Assembly (NCBI GenBank): GCA_002269645.1
Contig: NIVC01002921.1
Coordinates: forward strand, 62,001 to 126,000
Direction: 5' to 3'
DNA from: Macrostomum lignano
Taxonomy: Eukaryota
Length of the DNA: 64,000 nt
Below are positions 12,981 to 26,614 of this stretch, piece by piece. The position numbers were made by a program, and so were the translations under genes. Numbering within the stretch: position 1 is the stretch's first letter; each line of letters opens with the position of its first letter. The notes beneath the pieces were generated by a model that made no database searches, was not told the DNA's origin, and was given only the letters and a program-made list of their open reading frames with translations.

Positions 12981-14253
12981 CCCCTTGTCGGAATATCTTT
13001 TTTCTATCCGCTTCTATTCAATATTTGCGTCTCGCCCATCTCCCATAGAATGTGTCCATCACTCTCCTTAGTTCCCTAAGCTGCAACTGTTCTTTACGCT
13101 CGCTCCGTCACTCAGTGTGCAATCCGATAAATGCATTGGGTTTTTTGTTTAAAAATTGAAGTCAGCGCACCTGCTTAACTGCCTACAGTCCAACGCATAA
13201 TCAAAACGGGCTTATATATAAATCAACAAAAATATTCGTGTCTAATTCACTATTTTGTCACATATATAATTAAGCATATTGTGCGTAATTTCGTCTGCTC
13301 GTCTTTCAGTGTTATATTATTCGATACAATTTTAATTTGTTATAAGTCGACAATATTTTCAATGGCGAATTTTAATTGGCTGCAACAGTTGGTTTTGTGC
13401 CCGCCCTATCCGATAATTCAGTTCGCTTAAGCGCTGTTGTTGTCTTTGATGTTTTTTTTTAATCATAATTTAATACATTATTTCCCCTTTACACTACTGA
13501 CAGGTCTTACTCAAGTAGAAACGTTCGCGTATTTTTGTAACTTATTTTTACACAATATTGTATTTTGTGTTTTTGTTTTAGCGAGTTATTCGTACTGATG
13601 AGAGAAGTGAATTCTGTTTCCCATTTATTATTTCTGCTACTCTCTGATGATTTGGCTGTCCGCTTATGCTTATGAAAGTAGTTGGCTTTGCTTCTTCTTT
13701 TATTTTTATTTCTGCAGCGCCTTAAGTGATGACAGCTGGGTACTCTATAAATAGTCTACTTAGACTACTTAGTTTAAGTAGGATAAAGCATGGCTTATTA
13801 GATAGTGAGATAGCTCTGGCTCCGAGAATGAACATTCTTTATGCGGTAATTTAATTTTTCTTGGCAAATCATTTATGACCGCTCTCAGATAAAATTAACA
13901 ACTATAAAATCTATACAATAAAGATTTAATTTTAGATTTACCTTTTTTGTTATTTTAACTAACCGATATCTGTGTTGTTTGTTTGTTACAATTTTCTTCA
14001 TTGTGTCCTCGAGGAGCTTTTTGATATTCATTTAATACTAATTATTTTTATTTGGATAATTGCAACGATTGCAGACCCCCCCCCGCTATGTTAACTGCCC
14101 TCTGCTTGCCTCCTAATTAGCGGCTCAGCGTCTCACTTGTCCGTCTTTTCAGCCCCACAGTTCATTCCCTGTCTGTGCAGCAGTGCAACTGTTATTTAAA
14201 TTTATCATTCACTCAAAAACTTGTCTCTCCGCTTGTCCTGTCTTCTGTCGGCA

Positions 14254-14505
14254 CCCACTGGGAAAAAATTGCGACCACAGGCTGACGACAAGTTGACGAC
14301 AAGTCACCCTGTCGTCGCCATTGGCAGTCGACCAATCAGAGGCCGATAGAAAGCAGGCAGCGAAGCAGATTTGGAAGCGCGCATTTGCACGATCACTACT
14401 GAGTTGAACAAATCATACTTATTTCTGTAAATCGATAGTCAATCGACAAGGCTGTCGTCTCTAAACTGTCGTGGCTTGTCGTCACTGCAATTTTTTCCCA
14501 GCGGG
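14254..14505. mobile_element. MITE-like element (~252 bp) with 19-bp terminal inverted repeats
   Basis: Left end cccactgggaaaaaattgc and right end gcaattttttcccagcggg (1 mismatch); subterminal gacgacaag vs cttgtcgtc inverted. TSD not clear. Confidence 0.7.
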
Positions 14506-14792
14506 TATCTAGAAAAGGTTTTCACCTTTACTGTGCAAATTTAAACAGCTAATTAAAATGAATAACAAATATACCGATTATATAATTATCTAAGCAGTAA
14601 AATGCAAAACTTCTGTGTGTTTTACTTTTATTCTGACGAAAATTATTGCGTGGCATATTTTATTACTTTCAATAGTGCACTGAAAATATTCTATTTAAAA
14701 TGTATTTGGCCGAAGTTTATTGAAGTGTTAGTTTTTTATATTACTGCCAGTAGCATGTAGCTAAACTAGATTTATTGCTTTACCCTTCATGC

Positions 14793-16226
14793 ATGTCCGC
14801 GCCGGAGCCCGAACCTGACAGCGCCGACGAGGCCCCAGCCGAGTACAGCAGCAAGTCGCGCAAGGCGCTGCACCGGCTGACCCCGGCGCTGGCCGAACTC
14901 GCCAAAACGGCGCCTAAGCGTAGCGCGCCGCGCGATCCGCGCCACGACCCGCTGGTCAACGGCCGGTGCGTGCCGGCCGCCTGGGACTTCTTGCGCGAGG
15001 AGCGCCGTAGGGAGGCCAACAGGCTGGAGAAGTGGCTGAAGCGGCGCGACGGCAGCGGCGGCGGGCGGCACCAGCCCCTGTCGGAGGAGGAGCGCGAGCG
15101 GGCCAAGAGTCTGCTGCTCAGGCTGCGTCAGCTGGAGCGGCGGGAGCAGCTGCGGGACTCGCGGCGTCAGGTGGGAAATTTACCGTATAGTCTGTCTTAA
15201 TCTGCATTTTATGACATGCCTGTCCATCTCCCTCTCCCAATATTCCCCTCCCAATGCAGTGTGTTTCCCCTCCCCAATGCAGTGTTTCCTCTCCCCAATG
15301 CAGTGTGTTCCCCCTCCCCAATGCAGTGTGTTTCCCCCTCCCCAATGCAGTGTGTTCCCCCTCCCCAATGCAGTGTGTTCCCCCTCCCCAATGCAGTGTG
15401 TTTCCCCCTCCCCAATGCAGTGTGTTCCCCCTCCCCAATGCAGTGTGTTCCCCCTCCCTAATGCAGTGTGTTTCCCCCTCCCCAATGCAGTGTGTTCCCC
15501 CTCCCCAATGCAGTGTGTTTCCCCTCCCCAATGCAGTGTGTTCCCCCTCCACAATGCAGTGTGTTTCCCCTCCCTAATGCAGTGTGTTTCCCCTCCCAAT
15601 GCAGTGCGTTTCCCCCTCCCTAATGCAGTGTGTTTCCCCTCCCTAATGCAGTGTGTTCCCCCTCCCTAATGCAGTGTGTTCCCCCTCCCTAATGCAGTGT
15701 GTTCCCCCTCCCTAATGCAGTGCGTTTCCCCCTCCCTAATGCAGTGTGTTCCCCCTCCCAATGCAGTGCGTTTCCCCCTCCCTAATGCAGTGTGTTCCCC
15801 CTCCCTAATGCAGTGTGTTCCCCCTCCCTAATGCAGTGTGTTCCCCCTCCCTAATGCAGTGTGTTTCCCCCTCCCCAATGCAGTGTGTTTCCCCTCCCCA
15901 ATGCAGTGTGTTTCCCCCTCCCCAATGCAGTGTGTTTCCCCCTCCCCAATGCAGTGTGTTCCCCCTCCCCAATGCAGTGTGTTTCCCCTCCCTAATGCAG
16001 TGTGTTTCCCCTCCCCAATGCACTCCCGCAGGTGATGCAGGAGGTGCGCCGCGAGCAGGTGGAGCAGGCGGAGTGCAGCGGCCGGGTCAGCTACCTGTCC
16101 AGGGCGCAGCTGCGCGCCCGCCTGGAAGCCGCCAAAACTGCCAGCCTATCCGAGAAGGCGCGACAAAAACTGGAGAAGCGGAAAGCAGCTCGCGAGAAGA
16201 AGAGACGCCTGCCGCCGAAGTCGTGA
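14793..16226 (+). CDS. RRP36: rRNA processing protein RRP36-like (DUF947); exons 14793-15170, 16032-16226 (~190 aa)
   Basis: PAEYSSK..RDPRHDPL..WDFLREERRRE..YLSRAQLR..KLEKRKAAREKKRRLP matches the RRP36 pattern (P.E.S.K, RDPRFD, YFLK, RR.LP end). Phase-0 GT-AG intron; AATAAA at ~16299. Confidence 0.8.
15245..16020. repeat. 23-24-bp minisatellite (cccaatgcagtgtgttccccctc)n in the RRP36 intron
   Basis: Direct tandem repeats. Confidence 0.9.
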
Positions 16227-16424
16227 CCTCTGAGAGTCCGAGGCAGACTGGCGGGCATTTCAAGTTTAAATTTGCTTATTTATGTGTATAAACTGTTAAA
16301 TAAATGCTTCAAATATTCAATTGAATCCACGGATGTACCTTTTATGTTTAATTATTTTTTAATATTTTCTGTTTCAACTTAGGATTTGTAAATATTCCTC
16401 AATCAGTGGCCTGAAGGAGAAAAG

Positions 16425-16875
16425 AAGGAGGGGAGATGAAGCATGGAGGGAGAAAGGAGGGCATTGAGTGAGAAAAGGAGCATTGAGGGAGAAAAGGAGG
16501 GCAGGTAGGGAGAAAAGGAGGGCAAGGAGGGAGAAAGGGGGGCAGGGAGGGAGAAAGGAGGGCAAGGAGGGAGAAAGGAGGGCAGGGAGGGAGAAAAGGA
16601 GGGCAGGGAGGGAGAAAAGGAGGGCAGGTAGGGAGAAAAGGAGGGCAAGGAGGGAGAAAGGAGGGCAGGGAGGGAGAAAAAGAGGGCAGGGAGGGAGAAA
16701 GGAGGGCAGGGAGGGAGAAAAGAAGGGCAGATAGGGAGAAAGGAGGGCAGGGAGGGAGAAAAGGAGGGCAGGGAGGGAGAAAAGGAGGGCAGGGAGGGAG
16801 AATGGAGGGCAGGGAGGGAGAAAAGGAGGGCAGGGAGGGAGAAAAAAAGGGCAGGGAGGGAGAAAGGAGGGCAGG
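16425..16875. repeat. GA-rich ~21-bp minisatellite (gggagggagaaaaggagggca)n
   Basis: Direct tandem repeats between RRP36 and TMCO4. Confidence 0.85.
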
Positions 16876-17263
16876 GAGTGACGGTGATAGCTGAGGCGCA
16901 GGTATCGAGCCGCAGCGGACAGGGAGAGAGTGGGCAGTGCTGAGTAATTTATGCTTACTTAGGCTCGCCCGAGCACTGCAGAGCTACACCCCTCCCCTCA
17001 GTCAGTTTGCTTGGCTATCTTATCAAACTCTGGCGCGTGGCAGCGCTCTGAGACATGAATAATTTGTGTTCTGTTTCTGTTTTATCGGCATTTCATTTTC
17101 AAAACAAACCACTATTGAGGAAATTTACCACCACTTGTGCTCCAGATTGCAAAGCCAATCCAATCTGCCTGTCAATTTCTCCACCGGAGCATTTGAACGG
17201 CAGTCTAAACTAATCTCTACTCATTTTCTTGGATTTTATAAATTTCAATAGTCTGCAAAAGCA

Positions 17264-20200
17264 ATGTTTAAAAAAAAACCCGCCGCAAGCAAGCCGGCTG
17301 CCGCAGCAGCAGCAGACGAGGCAAAGCAGAAGCTGCAAGCAGAGCCCGGGGCTGAGGCGACAGCCCGGCTCAACAATAACAACAGCGGCATGCTCTCTGA
17401 TGCCGGCATCTTTGCCTACTGCTCTCTCACTGCTACCGCTCTGGCCCAGCTGTACCCAGAGGACTGGCACAAGTGAGCTCTCTGGTTCCCAGGGGTTGGG
17501 GTCTTTCTGCTGGTCTCAGCTTCTAGCCCTAAAGTGAGAACATCTCGTGTCTTCTATCTCCTTTCTGCACCTTTATCTCTTTACCCTCCCCTTCATCTCT
17601 TCACCCGCCTCCCCGCTCTGACCCCCGCCCACCACCCGCCTCCCCGCTCTGACCCCCGCCCACCACCCGCTTCGCCGCTCTGACCCCCGCCCACCACCCG
17701 CCTCCCCGCTCTGACCCCCACCCACCACCCGCCTCCCCGCTCTGACCCCGCCCACCACCCGCTTCGCCGCTCTGACCCCGCCCACCACCCGCCTCCCCGC
17801 TCTGACCCCCGCCCACCACCCGCCTCCCCGCTCTGACCCCGCCCACCACCCGCCTCCCCGCTCTGACCCCCACCCACCACCCGCCTCCCCGCTCTGACCC
17901 CCGCCCACCACCCGCCTCCCCGCTCTGACCCCCGCCCACCACCCGCCTCCCCGCTCTGACCCCGCCCACCACCCGCCTCCCCGCTCTGACCCCCGCCCAC
18001 CACCCGCTTCGCCGCTCTGACCCCGCCCACCACCCGCCTCCCCGCTCTGACCCCCACCTACCACCCGCCTGTCCACAGGGAATTCCGCGAGAAGTTCCTG
18101 GCCGACGTGCTCCACAAGCGGCCGGATTCGATTCGCAACTCGGCCACCGCCATCCTTCGGCACGGCCAGGCCGACTGTTCTATGCTGCCGTTCGCCGAGG
18201 CACTGCTGACCGAGGAGTCCGTCCGCGCCTGCCCGGAGATGGTGCTGCAGGACCTCCTGCTGGTCGCACTGCGCGAAGGCTGCTACGACGCCAGGGCTCG
18301 CTACCTGCTGAAGCACGTGGCCTTCGCCATGCGGATCAGCTGGGCCTCGCTGGAGGAGTGGGAGCTCAAGACTGCCGCGCTGTTGAACGATCCGGCCAGC
18401 GAGGCCGAGGTGGTGGACGAGGCGATGAAGAGGAACAGGTGATGCTGCAGATCTTGTTACGTAACTTGGATCGCGCTAGGCGCGAATGAGTGCTCGTAGC
18501 TACCGTTATTATTATTATTGAGACAGTCGGTGGCGCCACATAATTATTAAGAGAGTAGGTGGCGCCACATTGATACAGTCAGTGGCGCCAAATTATTGAG
18601 ACAGTCAATGGCGTCAACTTATTGAAAGTCGGTGGCGCCACATCATTGAGAGAGTCGTTGGCGCCACATCATTGAGAGAGTCGTTGGCGCCACATCATTG
18701 AGAGAGTCGGTGGCGCCACATCATTGAGAAAGGCAGTGGCGCCACGTTATTGAGAGAGTCGGTGGCGCCACATCATTGAGAGAGTCGGTGGCGCCACATC
18801 ATTGAGAAAGCCAGTGGCGCCACATCATTGAGAAAGGCAGTGGCGCCACGTTATTGAGAGAGTCGGTGGCGCCACATCATTAAGAAAGGCAGTGGCGCCA
18901 CGTTATTGAGAGAGTCGGTGGCGCCACATCATTGAGAGAGTCGGTGGCGCCACATCATTCAGAGAGTCGGTGGCGCCACATCATTTAGAAAGGCAGTGGC
19001 TCCACGTTATTGAGAGAGTCGGTGGCGCCACATCATTGAGAAAGTCAGTGGCGCCACAATATTGAGAAAGTCAGTGGCGCCACAATATTGAGAGAGTCAG
19101 TGGCACCAACTTATCGAGACAGTCAATGGCGCCACACTATTATGACAGTCAGTGGCGCCACAATATTGAGACAGTCAGTGGCGCCACAATATTGAAACAG
19201 TCAGTGGCGCCACAATATTGAGAAAGTCGGTGGCACCACATTATTGAGACAGTCAGTGGCGCCACAATATTGAAACAGTCAGTGGCGCCACAATATTGAG
19301 AGAGTCAGTGGCACCAACTTATCGAGACAGTCAATGGCGCCACACTATTGCGAGTCCGTGGCGCCACAATATTGAGACAGTCAGTGGCGCCACAATATTG
19401 AGACAGTCAGTGGCGCCACAATATTAAGACAGTCAGTGGCGCCACAATATTGAAACAGTCAGTGGCGCCACAATATTGAGACAGTCAGTGGCGCCACAAT
19501 ATTGAGAGTCAGTGGCACCAACTTATTGAGACAGTCAATGGCGCCACAATATTGAGACAGTCAGTGGCGCCACAATATTGAGAAAGTCAGTGGCGCCACA
19601 ATATTGAGACAGTCAGTGGCGCCACAATATTGAGACAGTCAGTGGCACCACAATATTGAGACAGTCAGTGGCGTTACGTTATTGAGAGAGTCGGTGGCGC
19701 CACAATATTGAGACAGTCAGTGGCGCCACAATATTGAGACAGTCAGTGGCGCCACAATATTGAGAGAGTCGGTGGCACCACATTATTGAGACAGTCAGTG
19801 GCGCCACAATATTGATAAAGTCGGTGGCACCACATTATTGAGACAGTCAGTGGCGCCACAATATTGAGACAGTCAGTGGCGCCACAATATTGAGACAGTC
19901 AGTGGCGCCACAATATTGAGAGAGTCGGTGGCACCAACTTATCGAGACAGTCAATGGCGCCACAATATTAATAAAGTCGGTGGCACCACATTATTGAGAC
20001 AGTCAGTGGCGCCACAATATTGAGACAGTCAGTGGCGCCACAATATTGAGAGAGTCAGTGGCACCAACTTATCGAGACAGTAAATGGCGCCACACTATTG
20101 CGAGTCCGTGGCGCCACAATATTGAGACAGTCAGTGGCGCCACAATATTGAGACAGTCAGTGGCGCCACAATATTGAGAGAGTCAGTGGCACCAACTTAT

Positions 20201-23200
20201 CGAGCCAGTCAATGGCGCCACACTATTGCGAGTCCGTGGCGCCACAATATTGAGACAGTCAGTGGCGCCACAATATTGAGACAGTCAGTGGCGCCACAAT
20301 ATTGAGAGAGTCGGTGGCGCCACAATATTGAGACAGTCAGTGGCGCCACAATATTGAGACAGTCAGTGGCGCCACAATATTGAGACAGTCAGTGGCGCCA
20401 CAATATTGAGACAGTCAGTGGCACCAAATCCAATATCGTTGATGGCAACCGCGCATCTGCAGGCGCCGCAAGGTGAACCGCGCCTTCTTAATCGGCGCCA
20501 GCGCCGTCGGCGGCGGCCTGCTGATCGGCCTGACGGGCGGACTGGCCGCCCCGCTGGTGGCCGCCGGCGCCGGCGTCATCATCGGCGGGGCGGGCGCCGC
20601 CGCCATCGGCACCGCGGCAGGCGCGGCCGTCCTCGGCTCCGTGTTCGGCGTGGCGGGCGCCGGCCTGACGGGCTGGAAGATGCGCAAGCGCGTGGGCAGC
20701 CTGGCGCAGTTCCAGTTTGTCCAGCTGACCCCGCCGCCTACTCCGCAGCTGCACCTGTGCATCGCAGTGTCGGGCTGGATTGATCAGGGCGACCTGGACT
20801 TCCTGCTGCCCTGGCAGTCCCTGGCTATGAGCCCCGAGCAGTACGCGCTCTGCTGGGAGTCGCGCTACCTCAAGGAGATGGGCCAGGCGTTGGACTACTT
20901 CATGTCCTATCTGAAGTCCTTCGCTATCCAGGTGAGCTCTTCTTGCTTTACCAATCTCGTGTGCCCTCCCTAACAATCTCGTGTCCCCTCCCTAACAATC
21001 TCGTGTCCCCTCCCTAACAATCTCGTGTCCCCTCCCTAACAATCTCGTGTCCCCTCCCTAACAATCTCGTGTCCCCTCCCTAACAATCTCGTGTCCCTCC
21101 CTAACAATCTCGTGTCCCTCCCTAACAATCTCGTGTCCCCTCCCTAACAATCTCGTGTCCCTCCCTAACAATCTCGTGTCCCCTCCCTAACAATCTCGTG
21201 TCCCCTCCCTAACAATCTCGTGTCCCCTCCCTAACAATCTCGTGTCCCCTCCCTAACAATCTCGTGTCCCCTCCCTAACAATCTCGTGTCCCCTCCCTAA
21301 CAATCTCGTGTCCCTCCCTAACAATCTCGTGTCCCTCCCTAACAATCTCGTGTCCCTCCCTAACAATCTCGTGTCCCCTCCCTAACAATCTCGTGTCCCC
21401 TCCCTAACAATCTCGTGTCCCTCCCTAACAATCTCGTGTCCCCTCCCCATTAATCTCATGCCCCCTCCCTAACAATCTCATGTCCCCTCCCCATTAATCT
21501 CATGCCCCCTCCCTAACAATCTCATGTCCCCTCCCCATTAATCTCATGCCCCCTCCCTACTAATCTCATGTCCCCTCCCCATTAATCTCATGCCCCCTCC
21601 CCATTAATCTCATGCCCCCTCCCCATTAATCTCATGTCCCTTCCTCACCAATCTCATGTCCCTTCCTGACCAATCTCATGTCCCTTCCTCACCAATCTCA
21701 TGTCCCTTCCTCACCAATCTCATGTCCCTTCCTCACCAATCTCATGTCCCCTCCCCACCAATCTCATGTCCCTTCCTGACCAATCTCATGTCCCCTCCTC
21801 ACCAATCTCATGTCCCCTCCCTATTAATCTCATGCCCCCTCCCCATTAATCTCATGTCCCCTCCCCCCAATCTCATGTCCCTTCCTCACCAATCTCATGT
21901 CCCCTCCCCATAAATCTCATGTCCCTTCCTGACCAATCTCATGTCCCTTCCTGACCAATCTCATGTCCCTTCCTGACCAATCTCATGTCCCTTCCTGACC
22001 AATCTCATGTCCCCTCCCCACCAATCTCATGTCCCTTCCTGACCAATCTCATGTCCCCTCCCCATAAATCTCATGTCCCTTCCTGACCAATCTCATGTCC
22101 CTTCCTGACCAATCTCATGTCCCTTCCTGACCAATCTCATGTCCCTTCCTGACCAATCTCATGTCCCTTCCTGACCAATCTCATGTCCCTTCCTGACCAA
22201 TCTTATGTCCCTTCCTGACCAATCTCATGTCCCTTCCTGACCAATCTCATGTTCCTTCCTGACCAATCTCATGTCCACTTCCCATTAATCTCATGCCCCC
22301 TCCCCATTAATCTCATGCCCCCTCCCTACTAATCTCATGTCCCCTCCTCACCAATCTCATGTCCCCTCCCTATTAATCTCATGCCCCCTCCCCATTAATC
22401 TCATGTCCCCTCCTCACCAATCTCATGTCCCCTCCCCATTAATCTCATGCCCCCTCCCTACTAATCTCATGTCACCTCCTCACCAATCTCATGTCCCTTC
22501 CCTATTAATCTCATGCCCCCTCCCCATTAATCTCATGTCCCCTCCCCCCAATCTCATGTCCCTTCCTCACCAATCTCATGTCCCCTCCCCACCAATCTCA
22601 TGTCCCTTTCTGACCAATCTCATGTCCCTTCCTGACCAATCTCATGTCCCTTCCTGACCAATCTCATGTCCCTTCCTGACCAATCTCATGTTCCTTCCTG
22701 ACCAATCTCATGTCCACTTCCCATTAATCTCATGCCCCCTCCCCATTAATCTCATGCCCCCTCCCTACTAATCTCATGCCTCCTCCCCATTAATCTCATG
22801 TCCCCTCCTCACCAATCTCATGTCCCCTCCCCATTAATCTCATGCCCCCTCCCTACTAATCTCATGTCACCTCCTCACCAATCTCATGTCCCCTCCCTAT
22901 TAATCTCATGCCCCCTCCCCATTAATCTCATGTCCCCTCCTCACCAATCTCATGTCCCCTCCCCATTAATCTCATGCCCCCTCCCTACTAATCTCATGTC
23001 CCCTCCTCACCAATCTCATGTCCCCTCCCTATTAATCTCATGTCCCCTCCCCCCAATCTCATGTCCCTTCCTCACCAATCTCATGTCCCCTCCCCACCAA
23101 TCTCATGTCCCTTCCTGACCAATCTCATGTCCCTTCCTGACCAATCTCATGTCCCTTCCTGACCAATCTCATGTCCCTTCCTGACCAATCTCATGTCCCT

Positions 23201-26200
23201 TCCTGACCAATCTCATGTCCCTTCCTGACCAATCTCATGTTCCTTCCTGACCAATCTCATGTCCCTTCCTGACCAATCTCATGTTCCTTCCTGACCAATC
23301 TCATGTCCCTTCCTGACCAATCTCATGTTCCTTCCTGACCAATCTCATGTCATTTCGCCACCCCGCAGGAAACGCTGAAGCTGACGGTGCTGTCGGGCCT
23401 GCTAGCGGCGATCACCTGGCCGGCCGCGGTACTGTCCGCCTCCAACGTAATCGACAACCCCTGGTCCGTGTGCGGCAACAGGGCTGTGGAAGGCGGCAAG
23501 GTGCTGGCCGACGTGCTGCTGAGCCGGGAGTACGGCCAGCGGCCGGTCACCCTGATCGGCTTCAGCATGGGCGCCAAGCTGATCTTCAGCTGCCTGCAGG
23601 AGCTGGCGAGTAGGAAGAAGGGTGAGAGTCTCGGAGTGGCTGGCTGTATGTGTTGCCTGGCAGGGGTTAATCGATTGGTTTAATAACTGGTTAAATTGAT
23701 TGAGTGCACTATTTATTTGTTGATAGACTCACTACTCGATTGATTGATTGATGCGTCGGTTTATTGATTTGTTTTTTTAGTTTGTTTGTTGATTAACTGT
23801 CTACGGGTACTTGATTGATCGATTTATTGATTAACCTGCTGATTTATTGATTGACAGGTTCATTCGTTGACTGATTGATTGGTGACTGATTAATCAGTTG
23901 GTGACTGGTGACTGACTGATTATTGATTGATTGATTTGTTGGTTGATTGATCAATTGATTGATTGACAGATTGATTAATTAATTGATTGATTGACAGGTT
24001 CTTTAGTCAATCGATTGATTGATAGGTTGATTAGTTCATTGATTGACAGGTTGATTAGTTCATTGATTGACAGGTTGATTAGTTAATTGCTTGATTGACA
24101 GGTTGATTAGTTAATTGATTGGTTGACAGATTGATTAATTAATTGATTGATTGACAGGTTCTTTAGTCAATCGATTGATTGATAGGTTGATTAGTTCATT
24201 GATTGACAGGTTGATTAGTTCATTGATTGACAGGTTGATTAGTTAATTGCTTGATTGACAGGTTGATTAGTTAATTGATTGGTTGACAGATTGATTAATT
24301 AATTGATTGATTGACAGGTTCTTTAGTCAATCGATTGATTGATAGGTTGATTAGTTCATTGATTGACAGGTTGATTAGTTCATTGATTGACAGGTTGATT
24401 AGTTAATTGATTGATTGACAGGTTGATTAGTTAATTGATTGGTTGACAGATTGATTAATTAATTGATTGATTGACAGGTTCTTTAGTCAATCGATTGATT
24501 GATAGGTTGATTAGTTCATTGATTGACAGGTTGATTAGTTCATTGATTGACAGGTTGATTAGTTAATTGATTGATTGACAAGTTGATTAGTTACATGTAA
24601 TTGATTGGTTGACAGGTTGATTAGTTAATTGACAAGTTGTTTAGTTGATTGATTGATTGATTGATTGACAGGTTGCTTGATTGACAGGTAAATTGATTGT
24701 TTGTTTGTTTGAGACATTGATTGAATGATTGATTGAAATCACTGACAATTATTTGGTGTTGGCTACTTGGCGATTCTAACCCCCCAGTAACCCAGAGTTC
24801 TTCAGGTGAGAACTTTAATAAAAACAGTTTTTTAGTCCAAATTCAAAGTATTTGATGTACTAAACTGGATAATTCGCTTATAATTTACCAACACTGCAGA
24901 CCCACTGGAAGCGGGTGAGGCATTCGGTTTATTCAGTGTTTGTTTCGATGTTGTCAAGTATTACGCAACAAATAGGCTCTGTTGTGATTTATTGCGTTAT
25001 ATTTCTTAATATTCAAACTGTTGTTTTGCTAGAACTTCCTTCACCATAAAATATCGCAATAAATTTTATTTAAGTAGTAAGCGTGTGCTTATTTTTACTT
25101 TTTCTCTATTAGTCTTTAGTTTTTAGTTTTCATTTCTAGTTTTACTTGTCAAAGTATTATTAAATTTCAGGCTTGTTGGATTAGTAAAATTGTTGTTTTC
25201 AACTGCTGGTTCCCTTCCTTCAGGCGGGTATCTGAGGCCGCTCACCCCATCCTTCAGGCGGGTATCTGAGGCCGCTCACCCCATCCTTCAGGCGGGTATT
25301 TGAGGCCGCTCACCCCATCCTTCAGGCGGGTATCTGAGGCCGCTCACCCCATCCTTCAGACGGGTATCTGAGGCCGCTCACCCCATCCTTCAGGCGGGTA
25401 TCTGAGGCCGCTCACCCCATCCTTCAGGCGGGTATCTGAGGCCGCTCACCCCATCCTTCAGGCGGGTATCTGAGGCCGCTCACCCCATCCTTCAGGCGGG
25501 TATCTGAGGCCGCTCACCCCATCCTTCAGGCGGGTATCTGAGGCCGCTCACCCCATCCTTCAGGCGGGTATCTGAGGCCGCTCACCCCATCCTTCAGGCG
25601 GGTATCTGAGGCCGCTCACCCCATCCTTCAGGCGGGTATCTGAGGCCGCTCACCCCATCCTTCAGGCGGGTATCTGAGGCCGCTCACCCCATCCTTCAGG
25701 CGGGTATCTGAGGCCGCTCACCCCATCTTTCAGGCGGGTATCTGAGGCCGCTCACCCCATCCTTCAGGCGGGTATCTGAGGCCGCTCACCCCATCCTTCA
25801 GGCGGGTATCTGAGGCCGCTCATTCATCCTTCAGATCCTTCAGGCGGGTATCTGAGGCAACCTACTCAAACTTCTCTATTTGAGGCCGCTCACTCATCTG
25901 AGTCTCTCCCCTCCCCAGGTGTGGAGGGCATCATCGAGGACGTGTACCTGCTGGGCGCCCCCGTGTCGGGCTCGGCCAAAGACTGGAGCCCGTTCGCCCG
26001 CGTGGTGTCGGGCAAGATCGTGAACTGCTACTGCCGCACCGACTGGTTCCTGAAGTTCATGTACCGGACAATGTCGGCCAGCTTCAGCCTGGCCGGCCTC
26101 GGACCAGTCCAGTGGTCGGACAGGCGCATGTGCAACCTGGACCTCACCTCGATGATCGGCGGTCACAAGGACTACTTCAAGAAGATGTCGGAGATTCTGC

Positions 26201-26559
26201 CCATCATCGGCGTGCCGACTACCGACAAGCCCAAGCCCGTCCTCAGCCGCCTGCCCACCGCCTCGGCGCCGCAGCTTGGCATCCGGCCGCCCGTTGATGT
26301 TCTCGCTCCAGCTGCTGCTGTGGTCCCGGGTTCGAGACCAACGGCTGAGGACGCTGGCGCGGCCGCACCGGCCAAGTCGGACAGCCGGGCCCGCTCGGCC
26401 AGTTTGTCCCGCCTGGACGAGGCCCGACGCCGTCTGCTGGCCGAGGAGGCTGGCGGCGTCCCCGTCGCCGCCGCGGCGCCTTCAGCCGCACCGGCCACTT
26501 CGGCTGAGGTTGCAAGTTCGAATCCCGCCACACGTATCGGAGCTGTCAAGGCTGTGTGA
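17264..26559 (+). CDS. TMCO4: TMCO4 / DUF726 alpha/beta-hydrolase-like membrane protein; exons 17264-17472, 18079-18438, 20463-20931, 23369-23621, 25919-26559 (643 aa)
   Basis: GGGLLIGLTGGLAAPLVAAG, YDARAR, LCWESRYL, DNPWSV, RPVTLIGFSMGA (GxSxG), EDVYLLGAPV, GGHKDY. Junction phases 2,2,0,1 are consistent; total 1932 nt. Confidence 0.92.
17600..18065. repeat. 31-32-bp C-rich minisatellite (cccgcccaccacccgcctccccgctctgacc)n in TMCO4 intron 1
   Basis: Direct tandem repeats. Confidence 0.9.
18525..20425. repeat. 26-bp minisatellite (cagtcagtggcgccacaatattgaga)n in TMCO4 intron 2
   Basis: About 70 units, each with the palindrome gtggcgccac. Confidence 0.92.
20955..23350. repeat. 22-bp minisatellite grading from (cctaacaatctcgtgtcccctc)n to (ccaatctcatgtcccttcctga)n in TMCO4 intron 3
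   Basis: Direct tandem repeats. Confidence 0.92.
23790..24730. repeat. ATTG-based AT-rich repeat with a 160-bp higher-order unit
   Basis: ctttagtcaa recurs at 24001, 24161, 24321 and 24481. Confidence 0.85.
25220..25880. repeat. 34-bp minisatellite (ccttcaggcgggtatctgaggccgctcaccccat)n in TMCO4 intron 4
   Basis: About 18 near-identical units. Confidence 0.93.
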
Positions 26560-26614
26560 TTTTGTAGTCCATTGAGTTTTCGGGATTCGATGCGATTGCA
26601 ACGATTTCTTATAA

